Origin: a virus
Virus record (IMG/VR): IMGVR_UViG_3300027704_000008
Location: 32,001 to 96,000 of that record
Strand: one strand, 5' to 3'
DNA length: 64,000 bases
Under the pieces are notes generated by a model. It saw nothing but the letters and a program-made list of their open reading frames with translations, did no database searches and was not told the DNA's origin. Every line of letters starts with the position of its first letter. The first letter of the stretch is position 1. This document shows positions 49,555 to 59,213 of the stretch, one piece after another. Made by a program: the position numbers and the translations under genes.

Positions 49555-49940
49555 CCGGTAAATTATCTCCGTTTGCCTTCCTCAATGAGATTAACACTGG
49601 CAAGAAGGATATAATGGTCGACGATATTGCAGAGGGACAGTATGTTCCCTTTGTGGTTAATCGAACCTTATCGTACTTCAAAGAGTGTGTTCTAATCGCA
49701 AATGAGATGAACATTCACCACCACCTAGATCACAAACTCCAGTTTGGCTTTTTGATAAATATAACTCGTAAACGCAAGCGTTTTACGAAGTGGTCCAAGC
49801 CCGAAGTGGATAGTGATTTGAGTGTAGTAAAAGAGTATTATGGATACAGCAATACAGATGCTAGTCAAGCTCTTTCTCTATTATCACCTGACCAAATAAA
49901 AACATTAAAAGATAAGGTGAATAAAGGTGGCAGAAGATAA
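49551..49940 (+). CDS. gp62 clamp loader small subunit
   Basis: Y.PF..NR.LS, ANEMN, RKRF.KW, KEYYGYS...A, KGG end. Confidence 0.92.
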   Translation: MTGKLSPFAFLNEINTGKKDIMVDDIAEGQYVPFVVNRTLSYFKECVLIANEMNIHHHLDHKLQFGFLINITRKRKRFTKWSKPEVDSDLSVVKEYYGYSNTDASQALSLLSPDQIKTLKDKVNKGGRR

Positions 49941-50337
49941 TCTTGTACAGTGGACTCCGGCACTCATGCTGGAAATTATACTAAGTGAACCAGACGATTT
50001 CCTCAAGGTGAAGGAGACCCTAACTAGGATAGGAGTAGCTTCCCGCAAGGACAATAAGCTGTTCCAGTCGTGTCATATCCTACACAAACAGGGTAGATAC
50101 TTTATTGTTCACTTTAAAGAGCTATTCATCCTTGACGGGAAGAAGGCTAATCTGGAGCAGTCTGATTTAGACAGACGCAATACAATAGCGCAGTTGTTGG
50201 CCGATTGGGGCCTCGTGGACATATCTGCACCATCCCAGCTAGAAACATTTGCGCCGCTCCGACAGATTAAAATTATTTCCTTTAAGGAGAAGGATCAGTG
50301 GGAGCTGTGTCCTAAATATAATATTGGAAATAAATGA
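49927..50337 (+). CDS. regA: RegA translational repressor
   Basis: PDDFLKV.ETLTRIG, QSCHILHK.GRYFIVHFKELF.LDG, W.L..KY.IG. Confidence 0.96.
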   Translation: MAEDNLVQWTPALMLEIILSEPDDFLKVKETLTRIGVASRKDNKLFQSCHILHKQGRYFIVHFKELFILDGKKANLEQSDLDRRNTIAQLLADWGLVDISAPSQLETFAPLRQIKIISFKEKDQWELCPKYNIGNK

Positions 50338-50489
50338 CCCCAGAAGAACACTATAACAGAATGATGGAGATGTTTGGAGAAGGTATTCCTAACCCCGAAC
50401 ACCACCCAACGAAATTTCAGTACTATGTTAGATTGTATAAACATCTATACCATGGTACTGAAATTCAGGATGCGGATAACCGGTCCTGA
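50334..50489 (+). CDS. small hypothetical protein (51 aa)
   Basis: MTPEEHYNRMMEMFG..PNPEHHP..F.YYV.LY; ATG overlaps regA stop. Confidence 0.6.
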   Translation: MTPEEHYNRMMEMFGEGIPNPEHHPTKFQYYVRLYKHLYHGTEIQDADNRS

Positions 50490-50514
50490 TAACCTTGCTT
50501 TTAATTAAGGAGGT
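50465..50514 (+). promoter_or_regulatory. ROSE-like RNA thermometer of hsp20
   Basis: Hairpin TCAGGATGCGG-ATAA-CCGGTCCTGA, then ACCTTGCTT pairing with SD AAGGAGGT with a bulged G. Confidence 0.65.
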
Positions 50515-50519
50515 AGATA

Positions 50520-50930
50520 ATGTCTACAGCAAAAGCAATACCACAATTCCCACACCTTGTGGGTTTCGAGCAACTGTTCGAGCAAATAACTCGCCCGTCG
50601 AGGAAAGTGTGTTATCCACCACACAACATTGTTAAGGTCAACGATACCCAATATGCTATAGAACTAGCTGTGGCTGGTTTTGTTATGAAAGACCTAAACA
50701 TTGAACTACACGATCACGTATTAATTATTACGGGAACTCCTAACGTAGAAAAATCTGTTGAATATATCTACAAGGGATTATCAACTCGCGCGTTCGTTAA
50801 GAAATTTGATATGGCCGACAACGTTGAAGTTGAAGGAGCTACCATTGCACACGGCATCTTAACCATAAACCTGAACGTGGTTAGTCCAAATACTAAATCG
50901 GTACAAATTAATATCAAGGAGGAGATATGA
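50520..50930 (+). CDS. small heat-shock protein (Hsp20/IbpA family)
   Basis: GFE.LF, YPPHNI, IELAVAGF, Y.YKG.S.R.F...F, A....G.L.I.L. Confidence 0.92.
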   Translation: MSTAKAIPQFPHLVGFEQLFEQITRPSRKVCYPPHNIVKVNDTQYAIELAVAGFVMKDLNIELHDHVLIITGTPNVEKSVEYIYKGLSTRAFVKKFDMADNVEVEGATIAHGILTINLNVVSPNTKSVQINIKEEI

Positions 50931-51046
50931 TTAGGTATATTAAAAACGCTAGAAAACGTGACCTAGGATGGGACATCTTTTCCATAGCAATATTCGTAAG
51001 TATTCCATTCGCTATATCATATAGTCTTGGAGTCGGTATATACTGA
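50927..51046 (+). CDS. small single-pass membrane protein (39 aa)
   Basis: MIRYIKNARKRDLGWDIFSIAIFVSIPFAISYSLGVGIY*; AAGGAGGAG SD; coupled to hsp20. Confidence 0.55.
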   Translation: MIRYIKNARKRDLGWDIFSIAIFVSIPFAISYSLGVGIY

Positions 51047-51068
51047 GGTGGTAAATATCGAACACAAT

Positions 51069-51090
51069 AAGGGGCCAATGAGCCCCTTTT
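51069..51090 (+). terminator. intrinsic terminator after the hsp20 unit
   Basis: AAGGGGC-CAATGA-GCCCCTTTT. Confidence 0.75.
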
Positions 51091-51093
51091 CTT

Positions 51094-51123
51094 GTTGACA
51101 TATCCTTAATAGACGCGTATAAT
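51094..51123 (+). promoter_or_regulatory. sigma70 consensus promoter for gp43
   Basis: GTTGACA-17 nt-TATAAT. Confidence 0.88.
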
Positions 51124-51160
51124 ATATTATTCACCCGTGAACTAAATTAATAGGCTCAAA

Positions 51161-53653
51161 TTGGATTTTTACACTAGCGTTTCTCGTTACGGCAACAACT
51201 TACTATACAGAGGATATAAAGGAGGTCGGAAGGTATCCAAGCGGATAGCGTTCGAGCCTACTCTGTGGGTCAAGAATACAGAAGGTCGATTTAAAAATAG
51301 TGGTTGGACAACACTGGACAACGAGCCAGTGTCTCCCATGAAGTTTGACTCAATGCGAGAAGCTGGAGACTTCACTAAGACTTACAAGGATGTTGGAGGC
51401 TTCAAGATATATGGTACAACCAACTTCGTTGACCAATACATAGCTAATCGTTTCCCAATAGACCTGAAGTTCGATAGGAATCTGATCAACGTGTCCACCA
51501 TCGATATTGAGGTTTACTCTGACGAAGGTTTCCCACACCCCGAGCAGGCAGCTCATCCTGTAACGGCGATCTGTTTACATAACAATGTAGACAATCGATA
51601 CTATGTGTGGGCTTTTGGAGAATATACAGTACACGATGATGATGTTAAGTTTTTCAAGCACGATACGGAGCTTGAAATGCTATTAGACTTCTTACGCTTC
51701 TGGAATGTGCCCGAGCATACGCCAGACGTCATAACAGGGTGGAACAGTAAAATATTTGATATGCCATACCTGATCAATAGAATGGTTAACCTGATGGGTG
51801 GCGACACTTTCAAGAGATTCTCTCCGTGGTTATCGGTTCAGCCTCGCTCGATTAAAATGATGATGAAAGAAGTGCAAGTGTATGAGATAGGCGGTATTGA
51901 GCAATTAGACTATCTTGATCTATTTAAGAAATTTGGTCTATCGTATGGCCAACAAGAGTCCTATCGACTAGATCATATAGCTCATGTGGTGCTCGGAGAG
52001 AATAAACTGTCATATGAAGAACAGGGAACTCTTCAAAATCTGTATAAAAATGATCACCAAAAATACATTGACTATAATATCCAGGACGTTAGGTTGGTCC
52101 AGCGCTTAGAAGAGAAGATGGGACTGATTACATTAGCCATGACCATGGCTTACCGCGGTGGTGTAAACTACTCACAAACATTTGGCACAACAGCTATATG
52201 GGATGCCATCATTCATAGACAACTACAAGAACGCAACATAGTTGTACCTCCTAGGAAGGAATCCATCAAGGTAAAATATCCTGGAGCATATGTAAAGGAT
52301 CCACAGATTGGTATGCATAATTGGGTAGCATCGTTTGACCTAGCTTCCTTGTATCCCAACCTCATTATTCAATACAATATGAGTCCCGAAACACTACACG
52401 ACGTGTTACCTGGAGTGAATGTTGATACGTTCTTGAATAATAGAGTAATTCCACCTGAGCTGTATAGAGAGGATTTGACTTTATCGGCTTCTGGGTTACG
52501 GTTTACCAACTCTAAGCAGGGAGTTATTCCAGCAATCGTCGAACAGTATTTTAATGAGCGAAAAGAAATTAAAGGAAGGATGATCAAGTGTAAGCAGGAT
52601 TATGAAGAAGCGCCTTCTAAACGACTTGAGAACGAAATCAACTCTCTTGAGAACCAACAGATGTCTTTGAAGATTCTGATGAACAGTTTATACGGTGCTA
52701 TGGGTAATGCTTATTTTAGATACTTTGATAGTAGAGTAGCGGAAGCTATTACTACATCTGGACAGCTATCTATTCGTTACGCTGAGAAAGCTATCAATAA
52801 AGAAATGAATAAGATCCTTCAGAGCGACAAAGACTATGTCATAGCTATCGACACCGATTCATTATACATTGACTTCAGTGGTTTGGTTAAACACATAAAG
52901 CCTCCAGATCCCGTTAAGTTTCTTGATAAGATCTGCCGCGAGCACTTTGAGGGAATACTCAAGAGCAATTATACTCACCTAGCGAAAGTTACTAGCTCTA
53001 GGACTAATCGTATGGAAATGGAACGAGAGGTTATAGCAGATAAGGCTATATGGGTCGCTAAAAAGCGATACATTCTTAATGTTCATAATAATGAGGGTGT
53101 CCAGTATGACGAGCCTAAGCTAAAGATTATGGGCATTGAGGCTATTAAGTCATCCACTCCGCAAGTGTGCCGCAGCAAGTTTAAGGAAGTGTTCAAGGTT
53201 ATAATGAGCGGAAGCGAAAAGGAAACGCAGACATTTATTGCAGGTTTTAAGGCTGAACATAAACACCTGTCGGCCGAAGAAGTTTCGTTCCCTCGAGGTG
53301 TATCAGATGTGTCTAAGTGGTCGAATCAAGTTACCATATACAGTAAGGGTTGCCCAATCCATGTCAGAGGCGCATTGATATATAATCATGCTATCAAAGA
53401 GGCAAAGCTAGATAATCAATATGAGATTATTCATAATGGAGAGAAGATCAAGTTTGTTTATTTGAAGACGCCAAATCCAACTAAAGAGAATGTAATATCT
53501 TATCCGTTGAATCTCCCGAAAGAGCTTGACCTATGCAAATTTATAGACTATAATAAGATGTTTGCTAAGACCTTTGGTGATCCATTGGACAACATACTTA
53601 ATGCTATCGGTTGGACATCTGAGCCGGTATCGAATCTGGACGCTTTCATGTAA
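51161..53653 (+). CDS. gp43 family B DNA polymerase
   Basis: Exonuclease DIE, GWN...FD, YN..D; polymerase DLASLYP, K..MNSLYG, DTDS; C-terminal clamp motif LDAF; TTG start; no intein. Confidence 0.96.
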   Translation: MDFYTSVSRYGNNLLYRGYKGGRKVSKRIAFEPTLWVKNTEGRFKNSGWTTLDNEPVSPMKFDSMREAGDFTKTYKDVGGFKIYGTTNFVDQYIANRFPIDLKFDRNLINVSTIDIEVYSDEGFPHPEQAAHPVTAICLHNNVDNRYYVWAFGEYTVHDDDVKFFKHDTELEMLLDFLRFWNVPEHTPDVITGWNSKIFDMPYLINRMVNLMGGDTFKRFSPWLSVQPRSIKMMMKEVQVYEIGGIEQLDYLDLFKKFGLSYGQQESYRLDHIAHVVLGENKLSYEEQGTLQNLYKNDHQKYIDYNIQDVRLVQRLEEKMGLITLAMTMAYRGGVNYSQTFGTTAIWDAIIHRQLQERNIVVPPRKESIKVKYPGAYVKDPQIGMHNWVASFDLASLYPNLIIQYNMSPETLHDVLPGVNVDTFLNNRVIPPELYREDLTLSASGLRFTNSKQGVIPAIVEQYFNERKEIKGRMIKCKQDYEEAPSKRLENEINSLENQQMSLKILMNSLYGAMGNAYFRYFDSRVAEAITTSGQLSIRYAEKAINKEMNKILQSDKDYVIAIDTDSLYIDFSGLVKHIKPPDPVKFLDKICREHFEGILKSNYTHLAKVTSSRTNRMEMEREVIADKAIWVAKKRYILNVHNNEGVQYDEPKLKIMGIEAIKSSTPQVCRSKFKEVFKVIMSGSEKETQTFIAGFKAEHKHLSAEEVSFPRGVSDVSKWSNQVTIYSKGCPIHVRGALIYNHAIKEAKLDNQYEIIHNGEKIKFVYLKTPNPTKENVISYPLNLPKELDLCKFIDYNKMFAKTFGDPLDNILNAIGWTSEPVSNLDAFM

Positions 53654-54606
53654 TGTATACACTGACTATATTTAAAAACCAATACGACAATCAAACTCAT
53701 AGACAAATGGAACTTGAGTCATGGTCTCAGTTCGAGAAGATGTTATGTGGTCTGTCTCAAGAGCCTGGTCAGAAGGGTGGCAAGAACTCTTCACCTCTAA
53801 TCAGCCCAGCTGCATATAATAGAGGTGATACTAGAGGCAATCGTTTTGTTACTAAATGGGGCGGGTGGGCAGCGATCGACGTTGACGAGTTCGTGTTTCA
53901 TAATCCTTCCGGAGGGATTGCTATTGGAGATGATTTACAGAATGCTATTATCGATAAGGTGGGTGACCATTACTTCGTATGTTACAGCACAGCAAGTAGC
54001 ACAATAGAGCATCCAAAGTTCCGCCTTGTGTTTCCTCTCCAGTGCGATGTAGATAAAGACGACATCCAACACTTATGGTTTGCTATGAATAGTGAGATAG
54101 AGGGGTTAGCTGACAAGCAGACTAAAGATTTGGCGAGGATGTTTTATGTGCCCGCGCAATACCCTGATGCTTATAACTTTTTCTTTAACCACATAGCCCC
54201 CGTTATTGATCCCGATGAGTTGATGCAGAAGTGGCCACACTCTGTTCAAACGGGAAACACTTTCATGGACCGACTGCCCGAATCTGTCCGCGGTCAAATG
54301 ATTGAGTACCGCAAGGCTCAGATGCAGAATACAAACATATCGTGGACAACTTATAGTGACTGTCCGTTCTGGCCTCGCGCCTTAGCTAATCAATATAAGA
54401 CCATCAGTGGGACTGGATGGTATCATGCTATGTACAAGATCATGGTGGCCATATCGTTCAATGCAATAGAACGCAATTACCCTATAACCGCTCGTGAGGT
54501 GGCCGAGATGTGTAAACAATTCGATCAAGACACAGGTAGGTGGTATCAAGATCGTCCCCTCGACTTAGAGGCAGACAGAGCAATAGAGTACGCTTACAAA
54601 AACTAA
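53653..54606 (+). CDS. primase-polymerase-like protein (AEP-related)
   Basis: AAIDVD, YSTASS....KFRLVFPL, D....D.AR.FYVP motifs plus helical C-terminal domain. Confidence 0.65.
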   Translation: MYTLTIFKNQYDNQTHRQMELESWSQFEKMLCGLSQEPGQKGGKNSSPLISPAAYNRGDTRGNRFVTKWGGWAAIDVDEFVFHNPSGGIAIGDDLQNAIIDKVGDHYFVCYSTASSTIEHPKFRLVFPLQCDVDKDDIQHLWFAMNSEIEGLADKQTKDLARMFYVPAQYPDAYNFFFNHIAPVIDPDELMQKWPHSVQTGNTFMDRLPESVRGQMIEYRKAQMQNTNISWTTYSDCPFWPRALANQYKTISGTGWYHAMYKIMVAISFNAIERNYPITAREVAEMCKQFDQDTGRWYQDRPLDLEADRAIEYAYKN

Positions 54607-54627
54607 TCCTAAACATAATGGAGTATA

Positions 54628-55113
54628 TTGATGGGTGCAAAGGCTAGTATTATGACACTACAAAAAAGAGATAGTTGGGATCTAAGGTATATGGATCTGG
54701 CTACACATATAGCCGGCTGGTCTAAGGACCCTCGCAAGAAGGTCGGCGCTGTTGTCATTGGAGAATATGGACAAATACTGGCGCAAGGATATAATGGCTT
54801 CCCTCGAGGAATGTTTGATGACCCCAACCTTATGACCCCAGAAACTAAGCTGCTATATACTGTCCATGCCGAAGCCAACTGCATTTTTAATGCCTCCCTG
54901 TCAGGAGTATCTCTGGCGGGGGCTACGATGTATGTTAGTGGATTCCCTCCGTGTTCGTCATGCGCTGGTGGCATTATTCAATCAGGTATAAAGGTGGTAT
55001 ATTGTAATAGTAAAGATAAAAAGGAAATGGAACAGAACGGGGATTGGGCCGAAAGTCTAAAGGCTACGGAACGGATGTTCCTTAGCACAGGGGTACGATT
55101 GAGAACCATATGA
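54628..55113 (+). CDS. dCMP deaminase
   Basis: SKDP..KVGAV, GYNG.P.G, HAE.N, PC..C. Confidence 0.92.
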   Translation: MMGAKASIMTLQKRDSWDLRYMDLATHIAGWSKDPRKKVGAVVIGEYGQILAQGYNGFPRGMFDDPNLMTPETKLLYTVHAEANCIFNASLSGVSLAGATMYVSGFPPCSSCAGGIIQSGIKVVYCNSKDKKEMEQNGDWAESLKATERMFLSTGVRLRTI

Positions 55114-55114
55114 G

Positions 55115-55144
55115 GTTGACTATACTTGTTTTATACTGTATAAT
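55115..55144 (+). promoter_or_regulatory. sigma70-type promoter for uvsX-gp40-gp41
   Basis: GTTGACT-17 nt-TATAAT. Confidence 0.82.
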
Positions 55145-55180
55145 AGCAGGTCAAATGATGGACAAACACTGAGACAAAAT

Positions 55181-56233
55181 ATGAGCATAATGGATAAACT
55201 AAAACAGAACTCGCGGAGTAAGCATACCGCTATTCTAAATGAATCGCAACTGTTATCGGGGGACACTACGACGACATCTGTCCCCATGATTAATGTTGCG
55301 CTTTCAGGACGGCTAGATGGAGGATTGATTGGAGGTTTAGGAGTTTTAGCTGGACCATCGAAACACTTCAAGACGTCATTCGCGTTATTAATGGTGGGGG
55401 AATATCTCAGATCTAATAAAGATGCTGTGGTCTTATTCTACGACAGCGAGTTTGGTTCACCTCAAGCATACTTCGAAACTTTTGGCGTCGATACTTCTCG
55501 TGTATTGCATACACCGGTAACCAACATTGAAGAGCTCAAGTTTGATATATCCAATCAGCTAGAGAATATGGATCGTAAGGATAAAGTTATTATTCTGATC
55601 GACTCTATAGGTAATCTGGCATCAAAGAAAGAAGTCGAGGATGCTAAGGACGAGAAGAGCGTTGCTGATATGAGCCGCGCTAAGTCTCTCAAGAGCTTAT
55701 TTCGTATGGTAACTCCCCACCTATCAATGAAAGATATACCGCTACTCGCTATCAACCACACCTATAAGGAAATAGGACTATACCCTAAAGATATAGTTGG
55801 CGGTGGAACGGGAATATATTATAGCGCTGACTGGATTTGGATTATTGGCCGCCGCCAAAATAAGAAAGGTACGGAGGTTACTGGTTATGATTTTATCATT
55901 AAAGAAGAAAAATCTAGATTCGTTAAAGAGCAGTCTAAAATCCCTATTACAGTTTCTTGGGACGGTGGTGTTGAGCGCTTTTCTGGCCTGCTTGATGTTG
56001 CTCTTGCTGGCGGGTTTGTTGTTAAGCCGAGTAATGGTTGGTATCAACGAGTTGATCTGGAAACAGGGGAGCTAATTGATCCCAAACAACGTGAAGCTGA
56101 TACGTTGAAAGCTCCCTTTTGGATAGATCTATTAGCATCCAAGAAGTTCCAGGATTTTGTCACGAGTATGTATTGCATAGGTGAGATGGGAGAAGTTAGC
56201 CCCGAATCATTTCTTGAAGGAGAATTAGAATGA
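55181..56233 (+). CDS. uvsX: UvsX RecA-like recombinase
   Basis: AGPSKHFKT, FYDSEFG, IDSIGNLASKKE, ADMSRAK, NHTY, GGGTG. Confidence 0.96.
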   Translation: MSIMDKLKQNSRSKHTAILNESQLLSGDTTTTSVPMINVALSGRLDGGLIGGLGVLAGPSKHFKTSFALLMVGEYLRSNKDAVVLFYDSEFGSPQAYFETFGVDTSRVLHTPVTNIEELKFDISNQLENMDRKDKVIILIDSIGNLASKKEVEDAKDEKSVADMSRAKSLKSLFRMVTPHLSMKDIPLLAINHTYKEIGLYPKDIVGGGTGIYYSADWIWIIGRRQNKKGTEVTGYDFIIKEEKSRFVKEQSKIPITVSWDGGVERFSGLLDVALAGGFVVKPSNGWYQRVDLETGELIDPKQREADTLKAPFWIDLLASKKFQDFVTSMYCIGEMGEVSPESFLEGELE

Positions 56234-56547
56234 CCATGGTAGAAAATACAGATTACGCATTAGTGCCAACCGATGAGACTCAAGAGGAGTCTCATTGGAA
56301 TGTGAGATTTATTACAGGACAGTTCTCAGAAACAGTAATAACTTATGGTGCAGTATCTATAAGCGAGGACACGGAATCATTAAATTTTAACTTCTCCATA
56401 ATTTATTCACCAACATCTGACCTATCCGTTGATGATGTAGACCTACAGTTGGCGGCCGGAGATATGTTGTCATCAATTTTAACGGATGCTGTTAGTGCCA
56501 AAGCTCCTGTTTTGAAAGGATCGCGGAAGTCGGAACAAACAAATTGA
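56230..56547 (+). CDS. gp40-like head vertex assembly chaperone
   Basis: Position between uvsX and gp41; W.VR...G.F..T...YG, L.F.F, GD.L..I pattern. Confidence 0.6.
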   Translation: MTMVENTDYALVPTDETQEESHWNVRFITGQFSETVITYGAVSISEDTESLNFNFSIIYSPTSDLSVDDVDLQLAAGDMLSSILTDAVSAKAPVLKGSRKSEQTN

Positions 56548-57929
56548 ATACGGATGATCAAATGCAGGTAGTAATCCTCCGCAGCATTATTAATAATGAT
56601 GACTATATGCGCAAGGTTATACCGTTTGTGGATCCTTCTTACTTTGAAGGAGTGTATCGACCATTATATCTAACTCTGGTTAAATATGTTGCGAAGTACA
56701 ACAAGATTCCAACTCAAGAAACTTTTGGTATATACCTTCCTGAAGCCGGAACCTTTGTTGGCGACATATCGGAAGGTGTATCCGTGATGCCTTCATTGTT
56801 CGAAAACACAATAGTTGACGATGATTGGTTACTGGATGCTACAGAGAAGTGGTGTCAGGACAGGGCACTATTCAACGCTATCATGCAATCAATCCAGATC
56901 ATAGATGGCAAAGATTCTGAGCTAACTAAAAATGCCCTACCAGATATTTTACAGAAAGCTCTATCCGTAACATTCGATACCAACGTTGGTCACGATTATT
57001 TAGAAAACGCTGAACAACGGTATGAGTTTTATCACGAGCAGCAAGAGCGGATACCTTTCGACCTTGACATGTTCAACAAAATAACTAAAGGTGGATTGAT
57101 TCGTAAGACACTCAACATTATCCTTGCTGGAACGGGTGTCGGTAAATCTCTAGCTATGTGCCATATGGCAGCTGGCCATCTAGCGTCAGGTAATAATGTA
57201 TTATACATCACGGCGGAGATGGCCGAGGAGCGGATAGCCGAGAGGATTGATGCTAATATGCTAAATGTTCCAATAGATGAACTGGAGGCGTTATCTAAGA
57301 AAATGTTTAAGGACCGGGTGGGTGATGTTGCCACCCGAACTAACGGCAAGTTGATTATCAAGGAATATCCTACTGGGCAGGCGAACTCTGGACACTTTAG
57401 AGCATTGATACAAGAGCTAAAACTCAAGAAGAATTTTACCCCAGATGTCATCTATATTGACTACCTAAATATATGTTCGAGTAGTCGCATGAAAGCTATG
57501 GGCGGATCTATTAACTCATACACTTATATCAAAGCTATCGCTGAGGAGCTTAGAGGATTAGCTGTAGAGTTTAACGTTCCTATTGTGTCGGCCACTCAGA
57601 CAACTCGTTCGGGATTCACTAACAGTGACCCAGGTTTAGATGATACGTCAGAGTCATTCGGACTCCCCGCTACAGCTGATCTGATGTTTGCCTTGGTCGT
57701 TAATGATGAGCTCGAACAGATGGGACGTATTATGGTTAAGCAGCTAAAGAACAGATATGCTGATCCAAATAAATACAAAAGATTCACTGTTGGCGTTGAC
57801 CGATCGCGCATGAAGCTGTATGATGTAGATCAAGATCAAGAAGAATTGGTCGATGACAGCATTCCGGTATTTGACCGCACTGATGCGTCCCGAGGGCAAG
57901 AAACAGCACACTTGAGATTCGAGGAGTAA
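56544..57929 (+). CDS. gp41 replicative helicase
   Basis: AGTGVGKS, EM.EE.IAERIDAN, IDYLNIC, SESFGLPATAD, KQLKNRY; TTG start. Confidence 0.96.
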   Translation: MNTDDQMQVVILRSIINNDDYMRKVIPFVDPSYFEGVYRPLYLTLVKYVAKYNKIPTQETFGIYLPEAGTFVGDISEGVSVMPSLFENTIVDDDWLLDATEKWCQDRALFNAIMQSIQIIDGKDSELTKNALPDILQKALSVTFDTNVGHDYLENAEQRYEFYHEQQERIPFDLDMFNKITKGGLIRKTLNIILAGTGVGKSLAMCHMAAGHLASGNNVLYITAEMAEERIAERIDANMLNVPIDELEALSKKMFKDRVGDVATRTNGKLIIKEYPTGQANSGHFRALIQELKLKKNFTPDVIYIDYLNICSSSRMKAMGGSINSYTYIKAIAEELRGLAVEFNVPIVSATQTTRSGFTNSDPGLDDTSESFGLPATADLMFALVVNDELEQMGRIMVKQLKNRYADPNKYKRFTVGVDRSRMKLYDVDQDQEELVDDSIPVFDRTDASRGQETAHLRFEE

Positions 57930-57930
57930 T

Positions 57931-58125
57931 ATGGATCCAATACTTCATACATTTGCAACTCTGGCTATCATGTATGTAACATGGAAAGCCGGGTACTGGT
58001 ACGGTTCATACGTAGAACGAATATATGCATTACAGAGTTTCTTCGATATGTTTAACCGATCTCTGCTGGACCAGGTGGGAGAAGAGAAACGAAAACGAAA
58101 AGATGAGGAGGTAGATGATGTCTAG
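57931..58125 (+). CDS. small protein with hydrophobic N-terminus
   Basis: 64 aa, GAGGAG SD. Confidence 0.65.
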   Translation: MDPILHTFATLAIMYVTWKAGYWYGSYVERIYALQSFFDMFNRSLLDQVGEEKRKRKDEEVDDV

Positions 58126-58315
58126 TGTGAATATTGGCACATACTATAGAAACACCGGAAGCTTATGCGAACTAACTTACATAGGTTCAGGAGTATATAA
58201 TTTTACATTCATTGATAAAGATGATATGGTATACGAGCAATGGAACCTACACGACTTCACCCAACAACGGTGTGAAGATTGGTGTGATGATTGGGCTTTA
58301 GAGGAAGAGATATAA
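58115..58315 (+). CDS. hypothetical protein
   Basis: 66 aa, GGAGG SD, coupled to neighbours. Confidence 0.65.
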   Translation: MMSSVNIGTYYRNTGSLCELTYIGSGVYNFTFIDKDDMVYEQWNLHDFTQQRCEDWCDDWALEEEI

Positions 58316-58791
58316 TGAGTAAGAAGAAATATACATCAACCAAAACATACACGAACATCGCTCCTTGTGCATATCGCCAATGGCGAGCTGAGTCCCACTG
58401 TAACGATATACATGGATATGCTTTTTCGTTCCACTTCGAGTTCGAGTCCGATAGTTTGGATGTGCGCAATTGGGTTATGGATTATGGTGGTTTGCGACCC
58501 CTCAAAGAGCAACTAGAAGATTGGTTCGATCACACTCTTCTGCTGGCAGTCGATGACCCACAATATGATGAAATTAAACGCCTTGGAGATATTGGATTAG
58601 CTAAGATTACAGAAGTCGAGGCCACGGGATGCGAAGCTTTGGCGGCGTTCCTGTATGAGTGGGTGAACACAATATTTATTCCAAACTATGGTGAAGCTGA
58701 TCGCGTGTGGTGCTCGAGGGTAGAAGTTAGAGAGACTCCCAGTAACATGGCTTACGTATCTGGTCATAAAGAAGATGGGGAGTTCGAGTGA
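58315..58791 (+). CDS. queD: QueD-like 6-carboxytetrahydropterin synthase (divergent)
   Basis: C..IHGY, WVMDYG, FDH, E.LA, V.VRET..N T-fold motifs. Confidence 0.82.
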   Translation: MSKKKYTSTKTYTNIAPCAYRQWRAESHCNDIHGYAFSFHFEFESDSLDVRNWVMDYGGLRPLKEQLEDWFDHTLLLAVDDPQYDEIKRLGDIGLAKITEVEATGCEALAAFLYEWVNTIFIPNYGEADRVWCSRVEVRETPSNMAYVSGHKEDGEFE

Positions 58792-58982
58792 TAGTAGCTA
58801 TTTTTATATGCTTGCTATTACTGCCTGCAGGGTGGGTAGCAATAATCGATATACTTCGAAGAGTTGAAATGACAACGCAAGTGGGTCCTAAAATGATGGC
58901 TCTATATTGTACAACGTTTGGGACCGCGTGGGCGTTATTAATATTGATCGCTATAGAAGTTTTATTAGAAATTAACATATGA
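58788..58982 (+). CDS. small membrane protein
   Basis: 64 aa with two hydrophobic segments. Confidence 0.55.
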   Translation: MIVAIFICLLLLPAGWVAIIDILRRVEMTTQVGPKMMALYCTTFGTAWALLILIAIEVLLEINI

Positions 58983-58983
58983 T

Positions 58984-59013
58984 GTTGACTATATTGGTAT
59001 ATGCCTGTATAAT
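58984..59013 (+). promoter_or_regulatory. sigma70-type promoter for the queE-PRT-folE unit
   Basis: GTTGACT-17 nt-TATAAT. Confidence 0.82.
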
Positions 59014-59049
59014 AGCACCATATCAAACAATTCAAGCCAGGAGTTCATT

Positions 59050-59199
59050 ATGTTTACAATAAGTGAGGAAGTATTAAATCAGGTGCTGAGTATATTAGTT
59101 CAGCTTCCTTATAACCAATCACACGACGCTATCGAAGCACTACAACGAGATGTCAAGAGGATAGAAACCGAAACCCCGCAAAAGGTTGACCCTCAGTAA
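59050..59199 (+). CDS. small hypothetical protein (49 aa)
   Basis: MFTISEEVLNQVLSILVQLPYNQSHDAIEALQ...; AGGAG SD. Confidence 0.65.
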   Translation: MFTISEEVLNQVLSILVQLPYNQSHDAIEALQRDVKRIETETPQKVDPQ

Positions 59200-59213
59200 T
59201 TTGGATAATTGCA

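Noticed and set aside
44735-49825. Identical VDSDLS hexapeptide in gp55 and gp62
   Set aside because: Different codons and isolated occurrences in acidic segments; compatible with chance and counted as background for the DS motif
30637-57929. Inteins, introns or homing endonucleases in gp17, uvsW, gp43, uvsX and gp41
   Set aside because: All are uninterrupted and of normal length; no LAGLIDADG, HNH or GIY-YIG ORF seen
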